DNA of 64,000 bases from an uncultured Planctomycetia bacterium (GCA_964423185.1 CAYRDK010000005.1:115930-179929), one strand, 5' to 3'; numbered from the stretch's first letter, positions 36,044 through 46,383 are shown. Notes: generated by a model from the letters alone, not told the origin. Numbers and translations: made by a program.

Positions 36044-36298
36044 TTATAAAACCGGCTCAACCATCACCTTTTCAGCCATGCCATGGCCTAAAGCTATCGT
36101 TGAAGAACCAACTTTGATCGTTACAGGCCCTCTTAAAGCAAAAGTGCTGAGCTTTACAACATGGCCGCCAAGCCGAATACCCAAAGCCGAAAGCCGATGC
36201 GCAGCCTGTTTGCCTGAAATAATTTCAACGACCTTCGCCGCCGCCCCTTTTTTAAGTTTTGTAAGAGGAATATAGGATATATTTTTTGCGGAACTCAT
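36044..36298 (-). CDS. feoA: FeoA
   Basis: It is a small SH3-like protein with PLTKLKKG..AKVVEI…LGI..G and lies upstream of feoB. Confidence 0.85.
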   Translation of the reverse strand: MSSAKNISYIPLTKLKKGAAAKVVEIISGKQAAHRLSALGIRLGGHVVKLSTFALRGPVTIKVGSSTIALGHGMAEKVMVEPVL

Positions 36299-36306
36299 AC
36301 CTTACG

Positions 36307-36334
36307 ATTATAAAGAAACCCCTCCTTAAGTCAA
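36307..36334 (-). promoter_or_regulatory. sigma70-like promoter, TTGACT-16 nt-TATAAT, ending 8 nt before the feoA ATG
   Basis: On the minus strand, 36334-36329 is TTGACT and 36312-36307 is TATAAT, followed by CGTAAGGT and ATG. Confidence 0.35.
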
Positions 36335-36372
36335 GAAGATTCATAAACCAGCACAAAACAGCACCGACGTAA

Positions 36373-38121
36373 TTATTTATCCTTGCCTTGGACGAACCTG
36401 CTCCTTTTTTTCCTTAACACATTGCGGCCTTTAACATTTTGTCCTTGAATTAATCTCCTTTGCGCCATCCTGTCTGCCTTATTCTTAGCCACATAAAGCG
36501 GATGGCCTGATTCAGGGTCACATCCAGTATAATACATGCAATTTGACCGTGTCATCGGCAAAGGGATAAAATCCTGTATTTGTTCTGGTTTAAAACCCAT
36601 CTGTTTAACAAAGGCAGCTAATGTTCGCGCCGCTTTCATATCACAACCCGGATGCGCGGTAATAAAATAAGGCACTAAAAATTGCTTCTTGCGGGTTTTT
36701 TCATTTAAACCCTCAAATAACGTAATAAATTGCTTATATTTTACAAATAACGGTTTACGCATAAGGCGTAAAACATCATCACTAGAATGCTCAGGAGCGA
36801 CTTTTAACTGGCCACTGACATGATGCCGGCACAAACACTCCAGATATCCACGTGCCTCGGATTCCAACAAAAGGTCATACCGGATACCACTTTGGATATT
36901 CACCTGCTTCACCCCGGGAATCAAACGCAAGACATCAAGCATTTTTATCTGTTTAACAAAATCATTTTTAAAATGAGGGCATGGACGAGGAAAAAGACAA
37001 TCCTGTTTTGCGCACCCGCTCTCCAATAAACAACGCGCGCCATACATGTTTGCCGTCGCGGCACCAACATCAGAAATGACACCGTTAAACCCTGGCTGAT
37101 GGGATAATACCTTCGCCTCTTTTGCAATAGAGGCGATACTGCGGCTTTGAATAAAACGCCCCTGATGAAGAGCAAGAGAACAAAAAGAACAACTTCCCGC
37201 ACAGCCGCGATGGCTTGTGATAGATGTTTCTACCGTCTTCATCGCCGGAACTCCGCCGGACTTATCATAACAAGGATGGCTCCTCCTGCAAAAATCCAAT
37301 CCATACACTTCATCCATCTCGCCTTCCGTTAAAGGAAGAGCCGGCGGCAGTTGAATACAAAACCTTTGATCAACCTTCTGGATGAGAGAGAGGGCTTTAA
37401 AAGAGTTTATCTGGGCGCTATAAATATTAAACGCTTCAAGAAACTTAATTTTATCAGACACAACATGGGTAAAATCAGGCAAAGCCACATAATCTTTTAA
37501 AAAAGAGATATCATTTCTGGCGATAACTGTGCCGCGGACATCATTTAAACTTTCTATCTTCTCGCCGTTTTTCAAGCGTAGAGCGATTTCGCCTACCTGG
37601 CGTTCCGCCATGCCATAAACTAACATATCCGCCTTAGAATCAAAAAGAATAGAACGCCTGACCTTATCTGACCAAAAATCATAATAGGCTAGCCTTCGCA
37701 AGCTTGCCTCTAACCCTCCAATAACAATGGGGCAATCAGGAAAAATCTCCTTCAGCCTGTTGGTGTAAACAATTGTCGGCAACTTTGGGCGAAGGCCAAA
37801 AGTACCGCCTGGTGAATATTTATCAACTTTTCTAAAGTTCATAAAAGAGGTATATAGATTAAGCATGGAATCAAGGTTGCCGGCTGAGACACCGAAAAAA
37901 AGCCTTGGACGGCCTAACTTTAAAAAATCTTCCTGCCTCCTCCAATCAGGCTGAGCGATAATGCCTACCCGATAGCCTTCATGCTCCAGGAGGCGCGAAA
38001 GGATCGCCACGCCAAAACTCGGATGGTCGCAATACGCGTCTGCTGTCACAAAAATAATATCCAGCTCCTGCCAGCCGCGCTCGCGCATATCAGTTTTATT
38101 AATGGGAAGGAATTTCATCAT
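36373..38121 (-). CDS. ygiQ: YgiQ-family radical SAM protein (UPF0313)
   Basis: The N-terminus DIIFVTADAYCDHPSFGVAIL…GIIAQPDW and the motif CAGSCSFCS are present. Confidence 0.85.
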   Translation of the reverse strand: MMKFLPINKTDMRERGWQELDIIFVTADAYCDHPSFGVAILSRLLEHEGYRVGIIAQPDWRRQEDFLKLGRPRLFFGVSAGNLDSMLNLYTSFMNFRKVDKYSPGGTFGLRPKLPTIVYTNRLKEIFPDCPIVIGGLEASLRRLAYYDFWSDKVRRSILFDSKADMLVYGMAERQVGEIALRLKNGEKIESLNDVRGTVIARNDISFLKDYVALPDFTHVVSDKIKFLEAFNIYSAQINSFKALSLIQKVDQRFCIQLPPALPLTEGEMDEVYGLDFCRRSHPCYDKSGGVPAMKTVETSITSHRGCAGSCSFCSLALHQGRFIQSRSIASIAKEAKVLSHQPGFNGVISDVGAATANMYGARCLLESGCAKQDCLFPRPCPHFKNDFVKQIKMLDVLRLIPGVKQVNIQSGIRYDLLLESEARGYLECLCRHHVSGQLKVAPEHSSDDVLRLMRKPLFVKYKQFITLFEGLNEKTRKKQFLVPYFITAHPGCDMKAARTLAAFVKQMGFKPEQIQDFIPLPMTRSNCMYYTGCDPESGHPLYVAKNKADRMAQRRLIQGQNVKGRNVLRKKRSRFVQGKDK

Positions 38122-38191
38122 ATTATTATAACATTATTTTAAGTAAAAGGACGCTTTCAAAACCCGCTTTAAAAACGGCATTTGAAAAATT

Positions 38192-38234
38192 CTATAAAAC
38201 AAAGAGCCTTCTAAAAAATTTTAGAAGGCTCTTT
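38192..38234 (-). terminator. Rho-independent terminator after hppA
   Basis: On the minus strand, AGAGCCTTCT-loop-AGAAGGCTCT is followed by TTGTTTTAT. Confidence 0.6.
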
Positions 38235-38272
38235 GCAAACCATCGCGTTTAAAATATTGAATCTTTAACGAG

Positions 38273-40369
38273 TTATTTAAACAATGAGTTAGCCATAACA
38301 AAAGACGCAAAAACAATAGATACCATAGACATCAATTTAATCAAGATATTCAACGATGGCCCTGACGTATCTTTAAAAGGGTCTCCGACAGTATCGCCAA
38401 CAACAGTGGCTTTATGCGAATATGACCCCTTGCCGCCATAATGCCCTTCCTCAACATACTTCTTGGCATTATCCCATGTACCGCCGGCATTCGCCATCAT
38501 AATCGCCAGCACAAAACCTGTAACGGTCGCGCCGATCAATAAACCCGCCTGCGCCTCCAAACCTACCAACAATCCTACAACTATAGGCGCGCTAATAGCC
38601 AAAAGAGACGGCGCAATCATCTCTTTTTGCGCGGCCGTTGTCGCGATCATGACACAACCGGCGTAATCCGGCTTAGCCTTGCCTTCCATAAGCCCGACAA
38701 TTTCCTTAAACTGCCTGCGGACCTCTACAACAATTTTAGAAGCCGCGCGGCCCACCGCCTGCATTGTTAACGCGCAAAAAGCAAACGGCAGCATACCGCC
38801 CAAAAGCAAACCAACAAGAACCTGCGGGTTCATCAAAGATAAATCTAGTGTCTTTCCTGCCAATGTCACCTGATCACGAAAAGCCGCAATCAGCGCCAAA
38901 GCTGTTAAAGCCGCGGAACCTATGGCAAAGCCTTTGCCCGTTGCGGCCGTTGTATTACCCAATGAATCAAGCGCGTCAGTCCTCTTGCGCACTTCAGGCT
39001 CAAGTTCAGCCATCTGCGCGTTTCCCCCGGCATTATCAGCAATAGGCCCATAAGCATCTGTCGCCAAAGTCATGCCTAACGTTGACAACATACCGACGGC
39101 TGAAATAGCGACTCCATAAAGGCCGATGTTATAATTTTCTGCTCCGCCCGATAGATAAAAACTTGCCAAAACAGCGCCACAGACAATTAAAACAGGAACA
39201 ATTGTAGATAACATCCCGACCGAGATACCGGCGATAATAACGGTCGCGGGCCCCGTCAGAGAAGCATCGGCAACCTTTCTCGTCGGCGAATAACCGCTTG
39301 ACGTATAAAATTCCGTTGAGATACCTATGATGACACCGGCAACAAGCCCGGCAAAAATAGACCAGTAAATCCCCATATGCTCAACACCTAACGTAAACCG
39401 GACCAAAGGATAACAGGCGATTAAAATCAAAATAGCCGTGCTAAAAACGCCTTTCCTTAAAGCCCACAATAATGCCGCCTGTGAAGCCTCTTCTTTACTA
39501 CGGACAAAAAATGTCCCGACGATAGAAGCCAAAACGCCAACCGCGGCCATAACCATAGGCACCGTAACACCGCCAACCCCTAAACCAGCCGCCACGCCTA
39601 AAGCGCTTGTCGCCACAATAGAACCAACATAAGATTCATATAAATCGGCCCCCATACCGGCCACATCGCCCACATTATCACCGACATTATCAGCAATAAC
39701 AGCCGGATTACGTGGATCATCTTCAGGAATACCCGCCTCTACTTTACCGACCAAGTCCGCGCCCACATCTGCCGCTTTCGTAAAAATACCACCACCAACC
39801 CTGGCAAAAAGAGCCTGAGAACTCGCCCCCATGCCAAAACAAAGCATCGTTGAAGTGATAATGGTAATTTTATCCAAGCCTTGCGGCAAAGCATGGTTTG
39901 AATACCACCAATCAAGGCCAAAATACCATAAACTCAAATCCAAAAGGCCGAATCCAACAACAAGCATCCCCATAACAGCTCCACCTGAAAAAGCAACTTT
40001 CAAGCCGCTGTTTAAACTTTTTTGAGCACCGCTGGCTGTGCGGGCGCTGGAATTTGTTGCCATCTTCATTCCTAAAAACCCGCATAATCCGGAAAAGAAA
40101 CCTCCGCTTAAAAAAGCAAACGGAACAGCTGCCGGCAAATGCCCGGCTCTGACTAATAATAGTAAAATACCAAAAACAATAACAAAAAATATAGTGACTG
40201 TCGTATACTGCTTTTTCAAATACGCCGCGGCACCTTCTCTGACCGCCTGAGCGATACTGATCATTACCGGCGTGCCTTCTCTCTGCTTCATAATCGATAT
40301 CGCTAAATACCATGCAAACCCCAGAGCCAAAATAGATCCTATTGGCGCCAACCACAACAAATCAAACAT
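38273..40369 (-). CDS. hppA: Membrane-integral pyrophosphatase, K+-dependent type
   Basis: GGIFTKAADVGADLVGK, DNVGDNVGD and GNTTAATGKG are present. Ala rather than Lys in GNTTAA marks K+-dependent enzymes. I set the start at MFDLLW because GGAGG lies 4 nt upstream. Confidence 0.9.
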   Translation of the reverse strand: MFDLLWLAPIGSILALGFAWYLAISIMKQREGTPVMISIAQAVREGAAAYLKKQYTTVTIFFVIVFGILLLLVRAGHLPAAVPFAFLSGGFFSGLCGFLGMKMATNSSARTASGAQKSLNSGLKVAFSGGAVMGMLVVGFGLLDLSLWYFGLDWWYSNHALPQGLDKITIITSTMLCFGMGASSQALFARVGGGIFTKAADVGADLVGKVEAGIPEDDPRNPAVIADNVGDNVGDVAGMGADLYESYVGSIVATSALGVAAGLGVGGVTVPMVMAAVGVLASIVGTFFVRSKEEASQAALLWALRKGVFSTAILILIACYPLVRFTLGVEHMGIYWSIFAGLVAGVIIGISTEFYTSSGYSPTRKVADASLTGPATVIIAGISVGMLSTIVPVLIVCGAVLASFYLSGGAENYNIGLYGVAISAVGMLSTLGMTLATDAYGPIADNAGGNAQMAELEPEVRKRTDALDSLGNTTAATGKGFAIGSAALTALALIAAFRDQVTLAGKTLDLSLMNPQVLVGLLLGGMLPFAFCALTMQAVGRAASKIVVEVRRQFKEIVGLMEGKAKPDYAGCVMIATTAAQKEMIAPSLLAISAPIVVGLLVGLEAQAGLLIGATVTGFVLAIMMANAGGTWDNAKKYVEEGHYGGKGSYSHKATVVGDTVGDPFKDTSGPSLNILIKLMSMVSIVFASFVMANSLFK

Positions 40370-40677
40370 CTTTCCTCCCATTTTAAATAGCCCTGCTTAC
40401 AACTTTTTTATGAGCTCCACGGCTTAAAACAAGCCTATAGTTTCTTTTCTTTTGAAGATTCAAATAAAACCAAACCTGGAAATCATTCATTTATGTTCAC
40501 AAGAACATAAATTCCTGAATGCGAAAAGGTATAAAATCATGCCGATACTCAGGCCTTGTGCCTAAAAATAGTATTGCGGGATAATATAATATAATTCACG
40601 TTCTTTAGCAAGAAAAATTTTCTCTATTTTAGAAAAAAGTATCTTAAAACAAAAGATAAAACTATATGAGTTTCAGC

Positions 40678-41853
40678 TTAGTAGAGGCCGCTCAACAAAA
40701 CCAGACCCAGAGCGAAAAAGACCGCGGCCATAACAAGTTTAATAAGGCCCAGATTTTTTTTAGCCCAAAACTCGAAGTTCCGGGAAGATGTGCCAGCCAA
40801 AGTTAACACAAAAACAATGATAAGAGGGAGAATAAACATCAGATTATAGAGGAACAAATAGAAAATGGCGCGCGCGCGCAAAGCCCCTTCTTTCAAAACA
40901 AAAATAATCACCGGAAGATATAACTGGCCTGTACAAACAGCCTCGAGAAGAGAAACCATAAAACCGACAATAAGAGCGCTCAAAACCAACCCAAACAAAG
41001 ACTTCTTTTGGTCTTTATCTTCCTTCCTGTAATAACGGCCAACAATCGCCTGGATCCTTTTCTTAATGGCTTTTGGCAGCTGCAAAGCCATCCTTGCCGC
41101 CTCGCCCGTTCTTTTATAAACAATATAATCCTTTACAGCGATATAACCTAAGCTAAAGCTAAAGAGCCCTATGAGGGCATAAATAACGCGCGAGAAGAGA
41201 TGGAAGTAACGAAACTGGTATAAAGCGGTAAAAAAACCAAACCCCAAAAGAACATATGTCGTAAAGATAGCCGTGATATAAACTACCCCTATCAAAACCA
41301 TCTCTGTGCGCCTATAACCCATCAAAGTTAAAAAAGACATGAAGAAAACGACAACCGTAAAGGCGCAAGGATTAAAACCATCCACGAGGCCCGCCGCAAG
41401 GACGGTTATTGATCTGAACGATTTAAAACGTTCAAAGATTGCCAGCGTCGAAGGATGAAGGACAATTGGCAGCGGCTTTAACTGCAAAGCCGAAGCAATC
41501 TCCTTTTCCAGCGAATCCGCTACTTCAGTGAGCCCAACCAAAACCCTCTGCCCAACCACAACTGTCGGGCTGCCTAATTTGCGGCCGGTTTTTTTCTCTA
41601 AGTCAAAAAAAACACTGTAATTTTTTGGCAGTGTCAGTTCAAAATACTGCCACTCAACCTGCCGCCCATACTTCTCTGACAATGGCCGGATCACATCATG
41701 AATAGCCGTAATACAACTTTTGCAATGTGGAGAGAAAAAAACTTTTACCACAGGCGAACTTTCCTGGGCCGGCGCGGCAAAAACCGTGCCAGAGGCCAAG
41801 AGGCATAAACATATTAATAAAACATAAAAACCAACTCGCGAAAATCTTCTCAT
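40678..41853 (-). CDS. Periplasmic thioredoxin-like domain (CKSC) fused to a DsbD_2-type membrane domain
   Basis: A signal peptide is followed by FFSPHCKSC…SPTVVVG, then TM helices with VDGFNPCAF and EAVCTGQ. Confidence 0.7.
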   Translation of the reverse strand: MRRFSRVGFYVLLICLCLLASGTVFAAPAQESSPVVKVFFSPHCKSCITAIHDVIRPLSEKYGRQVEWQYFELTLPKNYSVFFDLEKKTGRKLGSPTVVVGQRVLVGLTEVADSLEKEIASALQLKPLPIVLHPSTLAIFERFKSFRSITVLAAGLVDGFNPCAFTVVVFFMSFLTLMGYRRTEMVLIGVVYITAIFTTYVLLGFGFFTALYQFRYFHLFSRVIYALIGLFSFSLGYIAVKDYIVYKRTGEAARMALQLPKAIKKRIQAIVGRYYRKEDKDQKKSLFGLVLSALIVGFMVSLLEAVCTGQLYLPVIIFVLKEGALRARAIFYLFLYNLMFILPLIIVFVLTLAGTSSRNFEFWAKKNLGLIKLVMAAVFFALGLVLLSGLY

Positions 41854-41875
41854 CCAGCTCCTAAAAAAGTTTAAC

Positions 41876-42856
41876 TTATTTATTAGTACGCAAACTCGTT
41901 AGTTTTACTTCAATATTCTCCATCAGGTCTTCTATGGTAATGATACCGACGACGCTCGTCTCATGAAACACAGCGGACATAGTTTCCTTATTCGGCTGCA
42001 TCTTAGCGAAAACCTTATCCAAACTTTCACTATCCTCAATACGAATAATAGATCGAATAAGCGCTTGCCAACTACCAGCGGAACTATCGTCTAATGAAAA
42101 AAAGATATCAAAAACATTAATAACACCTTTTAACTGTTCCCCTTCAAATACGGGGAAACGCGTAAAATGGTGAATCCGGCATTTTTCTCTAATATCTTCA
42201 GTGGTATCCTTGGTATAAATCCTGATAACATCCCTTAATGGAACCATAACATCAGCCGCTTTGGTTAGCGTTAATTCAAAAATCTCTTCAATAGCGTCTT
42301 TTTCATGGCTCTCCAGGACACCTTCTTTGGAAATATCCTTAATTAGAGATTTGATCTCATCTTTTGTTAAAAAAGGATTTTTCTTAACACCTTTCGGATT
42401 CACTATTCTGGCAACAGACTTTGAGAAAAAACTAAAAAAACTGACTAAAGGCAAAAACACTTTCTCGCTGAAGCTCAAAGGGCCTGCAACGCTTAACACA
42501 ATCTGGTTAACCCGGTTACGAAAGACAGTTTTTGGCAAAAGCTGGCAAAATATGAAAGAAATCGGTGTCATGACAAGCGTCGCGATTAGAGCGCTGTAAT
42601 TTTTGCATATTTTAGAAAATAAAACCGTAGCGCACGCGGAAGAAATAACAACAGAGATATTAGTCCCCACCAAAGTGGTAATCAACAACCGCTCAGGCTT
42701 CTTTAAAAGATTGTGGACACGCATAGCGCGTTTATTCTTTTTTTCAATCAGGTGTGTGAGTTTTAAAAAATTCACGGAAATAAAAGCAGACTCAGCCCCT
42801 GAGAAGAAACCTTCTAAAAAAAGTGCCAAAAGAATCAAAAATACCAAATGTATCAT
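41876..42856 (-). CDS. CNNM/DUF21 + CBS-pair protein without a CorC_HlyC domain
   Basis: FFSGAESAF is the DUF21 motif and CBS repeats follow. It is shorter than its upstream paralog. Confidence 0.8.
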   Translation of the reverse strand: MIHLVFLILLALFLEGFFSGAESAFISVNFLKLTHLIEKKNKRAMRVHNLLKKPERLLITTLVGTNISVVISSACATVLFSKICKNYSALIATLVMTPISFIFCQLLPKTVFRNRVNQIVLSVAGPLSFSEKVFLPLVSFFSFFSKSVARIVNPKGVKKNPFLTKDEIKSLIKDISKEGVLESHEKDAIEEIFELTLTKAADVMVPLRDVIRIYTKDTTEDIREKCRIHHFTRFPVFEGEQLKGVINVFDIFFSLDDSSAGSWQALIRSIIRIEDSESLDKVFAKMQPNKETMSAVFHETSVVGIITIEDLMENIEVKLTSLRTNK

Positions 42857-44085
42857 TTCATCTCCACAAGCACGCTTTTAATACGACGCCCAACGATCTT
42901 TTCAATAATAAATACCGCGCCGGCCGCTCTAACATGCTCACCTTCGGCAGGTATCTTGCCAAAAACGTACAACAAAAAACCGGCAATCGTTTCATAATCA
43001 CCAGGTGAGATAGAAAGGTTGCAATCCTCATTCACCTGATAAACCGGTGTTTTACCGCTCACTCTATAACGGCCTTCCGACATAAGCTCAACAAGTTTTT
43101 CCCCCATTTCAAACTCATCGTAAATTTCACCAAAGACCTCCTCTAAGATATCTTCTAAAGTCACCAGTCCGCTTGTGCCGCCGTACTCATCAATCACAAT
43201 AGCCATTTTTGTTTTCTGGCGGTAGAAATCCTGCAACAACTCATCAATCCTCTTTGTAGGCGGAACAAAAATAACCGGCTTGACCATATCAGCAAAAGCG
43301 CGGTTTGACTCTAAAAAAATATCCTTGGTATCAACCATACCAATAATATTATCGTAAGAATCTTTATAGACAGGCACTTTGGAATGCCTCGCCAGACGGA
43401 TAAGGCTTTTGACCTTGTCCATGGGCCAGTGAAAAGCAACCGCTTTTATATCTGTACGGGGAATCATAACTTCCTGAGCGGTTGTCTTCGTCAGCTCTAA
43501 AACAGAAAGAACCATCTCCTTTTCATTTTTACCAACAACTCCATGGCGCTGGCCAACCTCCATAATGGTCTTAAACTCTTCTTCCGTTAATGTCGGTTCA
43601 TGTTTAAGTTCTATATGCAACAACGCGATAACATTGTTGCATATTTTTGTTGCTAAAAACAATAGAGGCGAAACCATCCTGGTAAACAAAAATAAAGGCT
43701 TGGAAAAAAAGTAAGCCAGCCTTTCATTATTATGAATGGCCAGAGTCTTAGGCGTAACCTCTCCGAAAACAAGCAGGATAAAAGTCGTTACTCCAATAGA
43801 AATAAACAACCCCCCCGAACCTAACAGATCAATCAAAATGTATGTGATCAATGCTGATGCCGCGATATTGGCCAGAGTATTGCCGGCAAGGATCGCCGTC
43901 AAAAGATGCATTGGGTTTTCAAGAAGCTTGATGATAAAAGATGTATCTTTCCCGTTTTGTGACAACCGTTTTATTTTGATGGAGTCAAGCGAAAATAAAG
44001 CTGTTTCAGAAGCGGAAAAAAAAGCGGATAAGCTCAAAAAAATAAAAAGAAGAACGAATTTTACTATCAAAACTAAACCGATCAT
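42853..44085 (-). CDS. CNNM/DUF21 + CBS + CorC_HlyC 'hemolysin family' transporter
   Basis: FFSASETALFS, a CBS pair, DEYGGTSGLVTLEDILEE and a C-terminal transporter-associated domain are present. Confidence 0.85.
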   Translation of the reverse strand: MIGLVLIVKFVLLFIFLSLSAFFSASETALFSLDSIKIKRLSQNGKDTSFIIKLLENPMHLLTAILAGNTLANIAASALITYILIDLLGSGGLFISIGVTTFILLVFGEVTPKTLAIHNNERLAYFFSKPLFLFTRMVSPLLFLATKICNNVIALLHIELKHEPTLTEEEFKTIMEVGQRHGVVGKNEKEMVLSVLELTKTTAQEVMIPRTDIKAVAFHWPMDKVKSLIRLARHSKVPVYKDSYDNIIGMVDTKDIFLESNRAFADMVKPVIFVPPTKRIDELLQDFYRQKTKMAIVIDEYGGTSGLVTLEDILEEVFGEIYDEFEMGEKLVELMSEGRYRVSGKTPVYQVNEDCNLSISPGDYETIAGFLLYVFGKIPAEGEHVRAAGAVFIIEKIVGRRIKSVLVEMK

Positions 44086-44093
44086 AACCTCCT

Positions 44094-44396
44094 CTATCTT
44101 AAACGAAAACTTAAATCCAGAAGCGTCCTAACTAGAAAAGCTCTTACGAACATAAGGGTAAGTATCACGATGACAGGCGATATATCAACTCCAAATCTTA
44201 ACGAAAGCGGCAACATGCGCCTTACAGAATAAAGGACTGGTTCGGTGATAACCTGCAGAAACTGCACAATAGGATTAAAAGGATCCGGATTAACCCAGCT
44301 AATCAAAGCCCGGACAATGATAATCCAATAAAAGGCAACAAGCACCACATCCAAAATCTGCGCGATAGCTGCCAGAAGATTTGACATAACAAACAT
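44094..44396 (-). CDS. yggT: YggT-family membrane protein
   Basis: ILDVVLVAFYWIIIVRALISWV and DISP are present. GGAGG lies 7 nt upstream. Confidence 0.8.
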   Translation of the reverse strand: MFVMSNLLAAIAQILDVVLVAFYWIIIVRALISWVNPDPFNPIVQFLQVITEPVLYSVRRMLPLSLRFGVDISPVIVILTLMFVRAFLVRTLLDLSFRLR

Positions 44397-44561
44397 AAAA
44401 CCGCCTCCATAGCACGAAGAACCACCAAGAACAAATCAATATACGCTGTTCAGGTATAACCGTTATAACAAATCATCATGGGCAGGTCAAGCAAAAACCC
44501 TTATTAAACCAAACAAAAACAAACCTCTACCCGCTCTATCTTTTAAAAACCCCCCCCCTCA

Positions 44562-45209
44562 CTAAAGAAGTTTTTCGCGGCAAAATTCAAACATCTCTTT
44601 TAAATTTTTAACAAGATAGGTTGGTTTTTCTTTCCTAAGCTCAACCATGCAAGAAGATCCGGTTGCCACAATCAAAACATCCATACCAGCCCTGCGCGCC
44701 GTCTGAACATCCAAAACCATGTCCCCCACATAAATAGCCTCGCTTTTAGATATTTTGAAATACCTAATCAACATATTTAAAACAAGTGGATTCGGCTTGG
44801 CATATTTTAAACGGTCTGTGCATAATACTTTATTAAAAAAATGACCTATTTTTAAATGTTTTAAAACCAGCCGCGTAAAACGAGCCGGACGATTTGTAGC
44901 TACGGCCATTTTAACGCCGCTCTTGCCTAAAAAAGTCAAAATTTGACGCGCGTAAGGCATTAATCGCGCTTCCCGTACTAAAGATTCCATATGATGCCGC
45001 CTATAAATGACAATAGCCTTCTTTAATGCCTTTTTTGGAACAAAAGGCTTTAGCAAGTTTATATCTCCCCGCCCAACATGTTTTTTTATAATATCCGGTT
45101 TTTGAGCCTTAAAACCTGATTTCCGCATAGTAAAATTAAAGCTTGATATAATCGCCGGATACGCGTTGATTATGGTCCCATCTAAATCAAAAATGAAAAA
45201 AATTTTCAT
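44562..45209 (-). CDS. HAD-superfamily phosphatase (Gph-like)
   Basis: DLDGT, ATN and VGDMVLD are HAD motifs I-IV. Confidence 0.8.
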   Translation of the reverse strand: MKIFFIFDLDGTIINAYPAIISSFNFTMRKSGFKAQKPDIIKKHVGRGDINLLKPFVPKKALKKAIVIYRRHHMESLVREARLMPYARQILTFLGKSGVKMAVATNRPARFTRLVLKHLKIGHFFNKVLCTDRLKYAKPNPLVLNMLIRYFKISKSEAIYVGDMVLDVQTARRAGMDVLIVATGSSCMVELRKEKPTYLVKNLKEMFEFCREKLL

Positions 45210-45289
45210 ATTAACAAGGCCTGTAACACAGCAAAAAGCGAGGCTTGATACACCCCGCTTTCTACAAAATCAGCCTCCTCTTTTAAGGC

Positions 45290-46321
45290 CTATTCCTGCT
45301 GATGTTCCGGATTAATATCTTCAGCAGAAACCGGTTCACTACTGATAATATCCGGCTGTGCCTCTAGCGGCGCCAAAGGAACCGTTATATCATCAAGGCT
45401 GTCCAAATCGTCTTTTTCCATAACATCATTTAAAACCTCATTCTTGCTTACACCCGCCTCTTCTGAAACCGCGATATCTTCATTCAACTTGCTCTGTGCC
45501 GCCGCCAGGCCACCAGACGATATAGCATCCGCCTTCTCTTCTTTTAAAATAGCCGCTTCCTTTTTGTCCACATCGATATCTTTCTTTTCCACAACAATAA
45601 GCATAGACAAATTAGAACTATCGAGCTTGCGGTAGTCTATCGTGACGTAATCTTGCGGCTTAATCTCATTGATGCCGGCCACATTATCAAATACGGTTGA
45701 ATCATTTGTATCAAGAGCCATCACGGCCTCATCATAAGTTTCATAATCAAGATACTTGACTGTGATCTGTTTTTTCACCGGGTCAACAGAAATAACTTCT
45801 CCCCAGACCCATTGTGTTAAATCATCTTGCGGTTCATTAACCGCAATCTTCTTAATCTCCCCGCCCGCTTTCGCTGAACCTTCTTTTTTATCAAGCTCAA
45901 TAGATGCTGCAGCGCTCGCAGCCGGCTTAGGTTCCTGATCAGAAACTACCTCTTGAGTTTTTCCAACAACAACATTTTCTAAAGCGATGCCGCCTTCTCC
46001 TACCCCTGCGGGTTCAGCGGCATTTGATGGCGCAACACTTGGCTGTGACGGTGCTGTTTCAACATAAGATTCTTTAGCATCTCTTCCCTGACCCGGCAAT
46101 GATGTGCTGCCGGCAACTAAAACTTGCGGCTCCTCTTTTTTAACTTCTTCTGATGTTTCACCCTTTGGCGCAGCGCCTTGTACTACCTGAGAATCTTGCG
46201 AAATCCCCGTCTCAGGAATCGTAACCATTCCAACTTCATCATCTGCCAAAACAGTCAAAGGCGGCATACAACAGAAACAGAACAAAACAATTATAAAAAC
46301 CTTCCATTCACATTTAAACAT
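45290..46321 (-). CDS. Secreted acidic low-complexity protein with one central beta-domain
   Basis: The start MFKCEW has AGGAGG 6 nt upstream. It has a signal peptide and E/D/S/A/P-rich flanks. I see no catalytic motif. Confidence 0.5.
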   Translation of the reverse strand: MFKCEWKVFIIVLFCFCCMPPLTVLADDEVGMVTIPETGISQDSQVVQGAAPKGETSEEVKKEEPQVLVAGSTSLPGQGRDAKESYVETAPSQPSVAPSNAAEPAGVGEGGIALENVVVGKTQEVVSDQEPKPAASAAASIELDKKEGSAKAGGEIKKIAVNEPQDDLTQWVWGEVISVDPVKKQITVKYLDYETYDEAVMALDTNDSTVFDNVAGINEIKPQDYVTIDYRKLDSSNLSMLIVVEKKDIDVDKKEAAILKEEKADAISSGGLAAAQSKLNEDIAVSEEAGVSKNEVLNDVMEKDDLDSLDDITVPLAPLEAQPDIISSEPVSAEDINPEHQQE

Positions 46322-46383
46322 CACTGCCTCCTGGTCAATTAACACATTCCTTTAAACCAAATGCATAAAATCTGCGTGTTATT

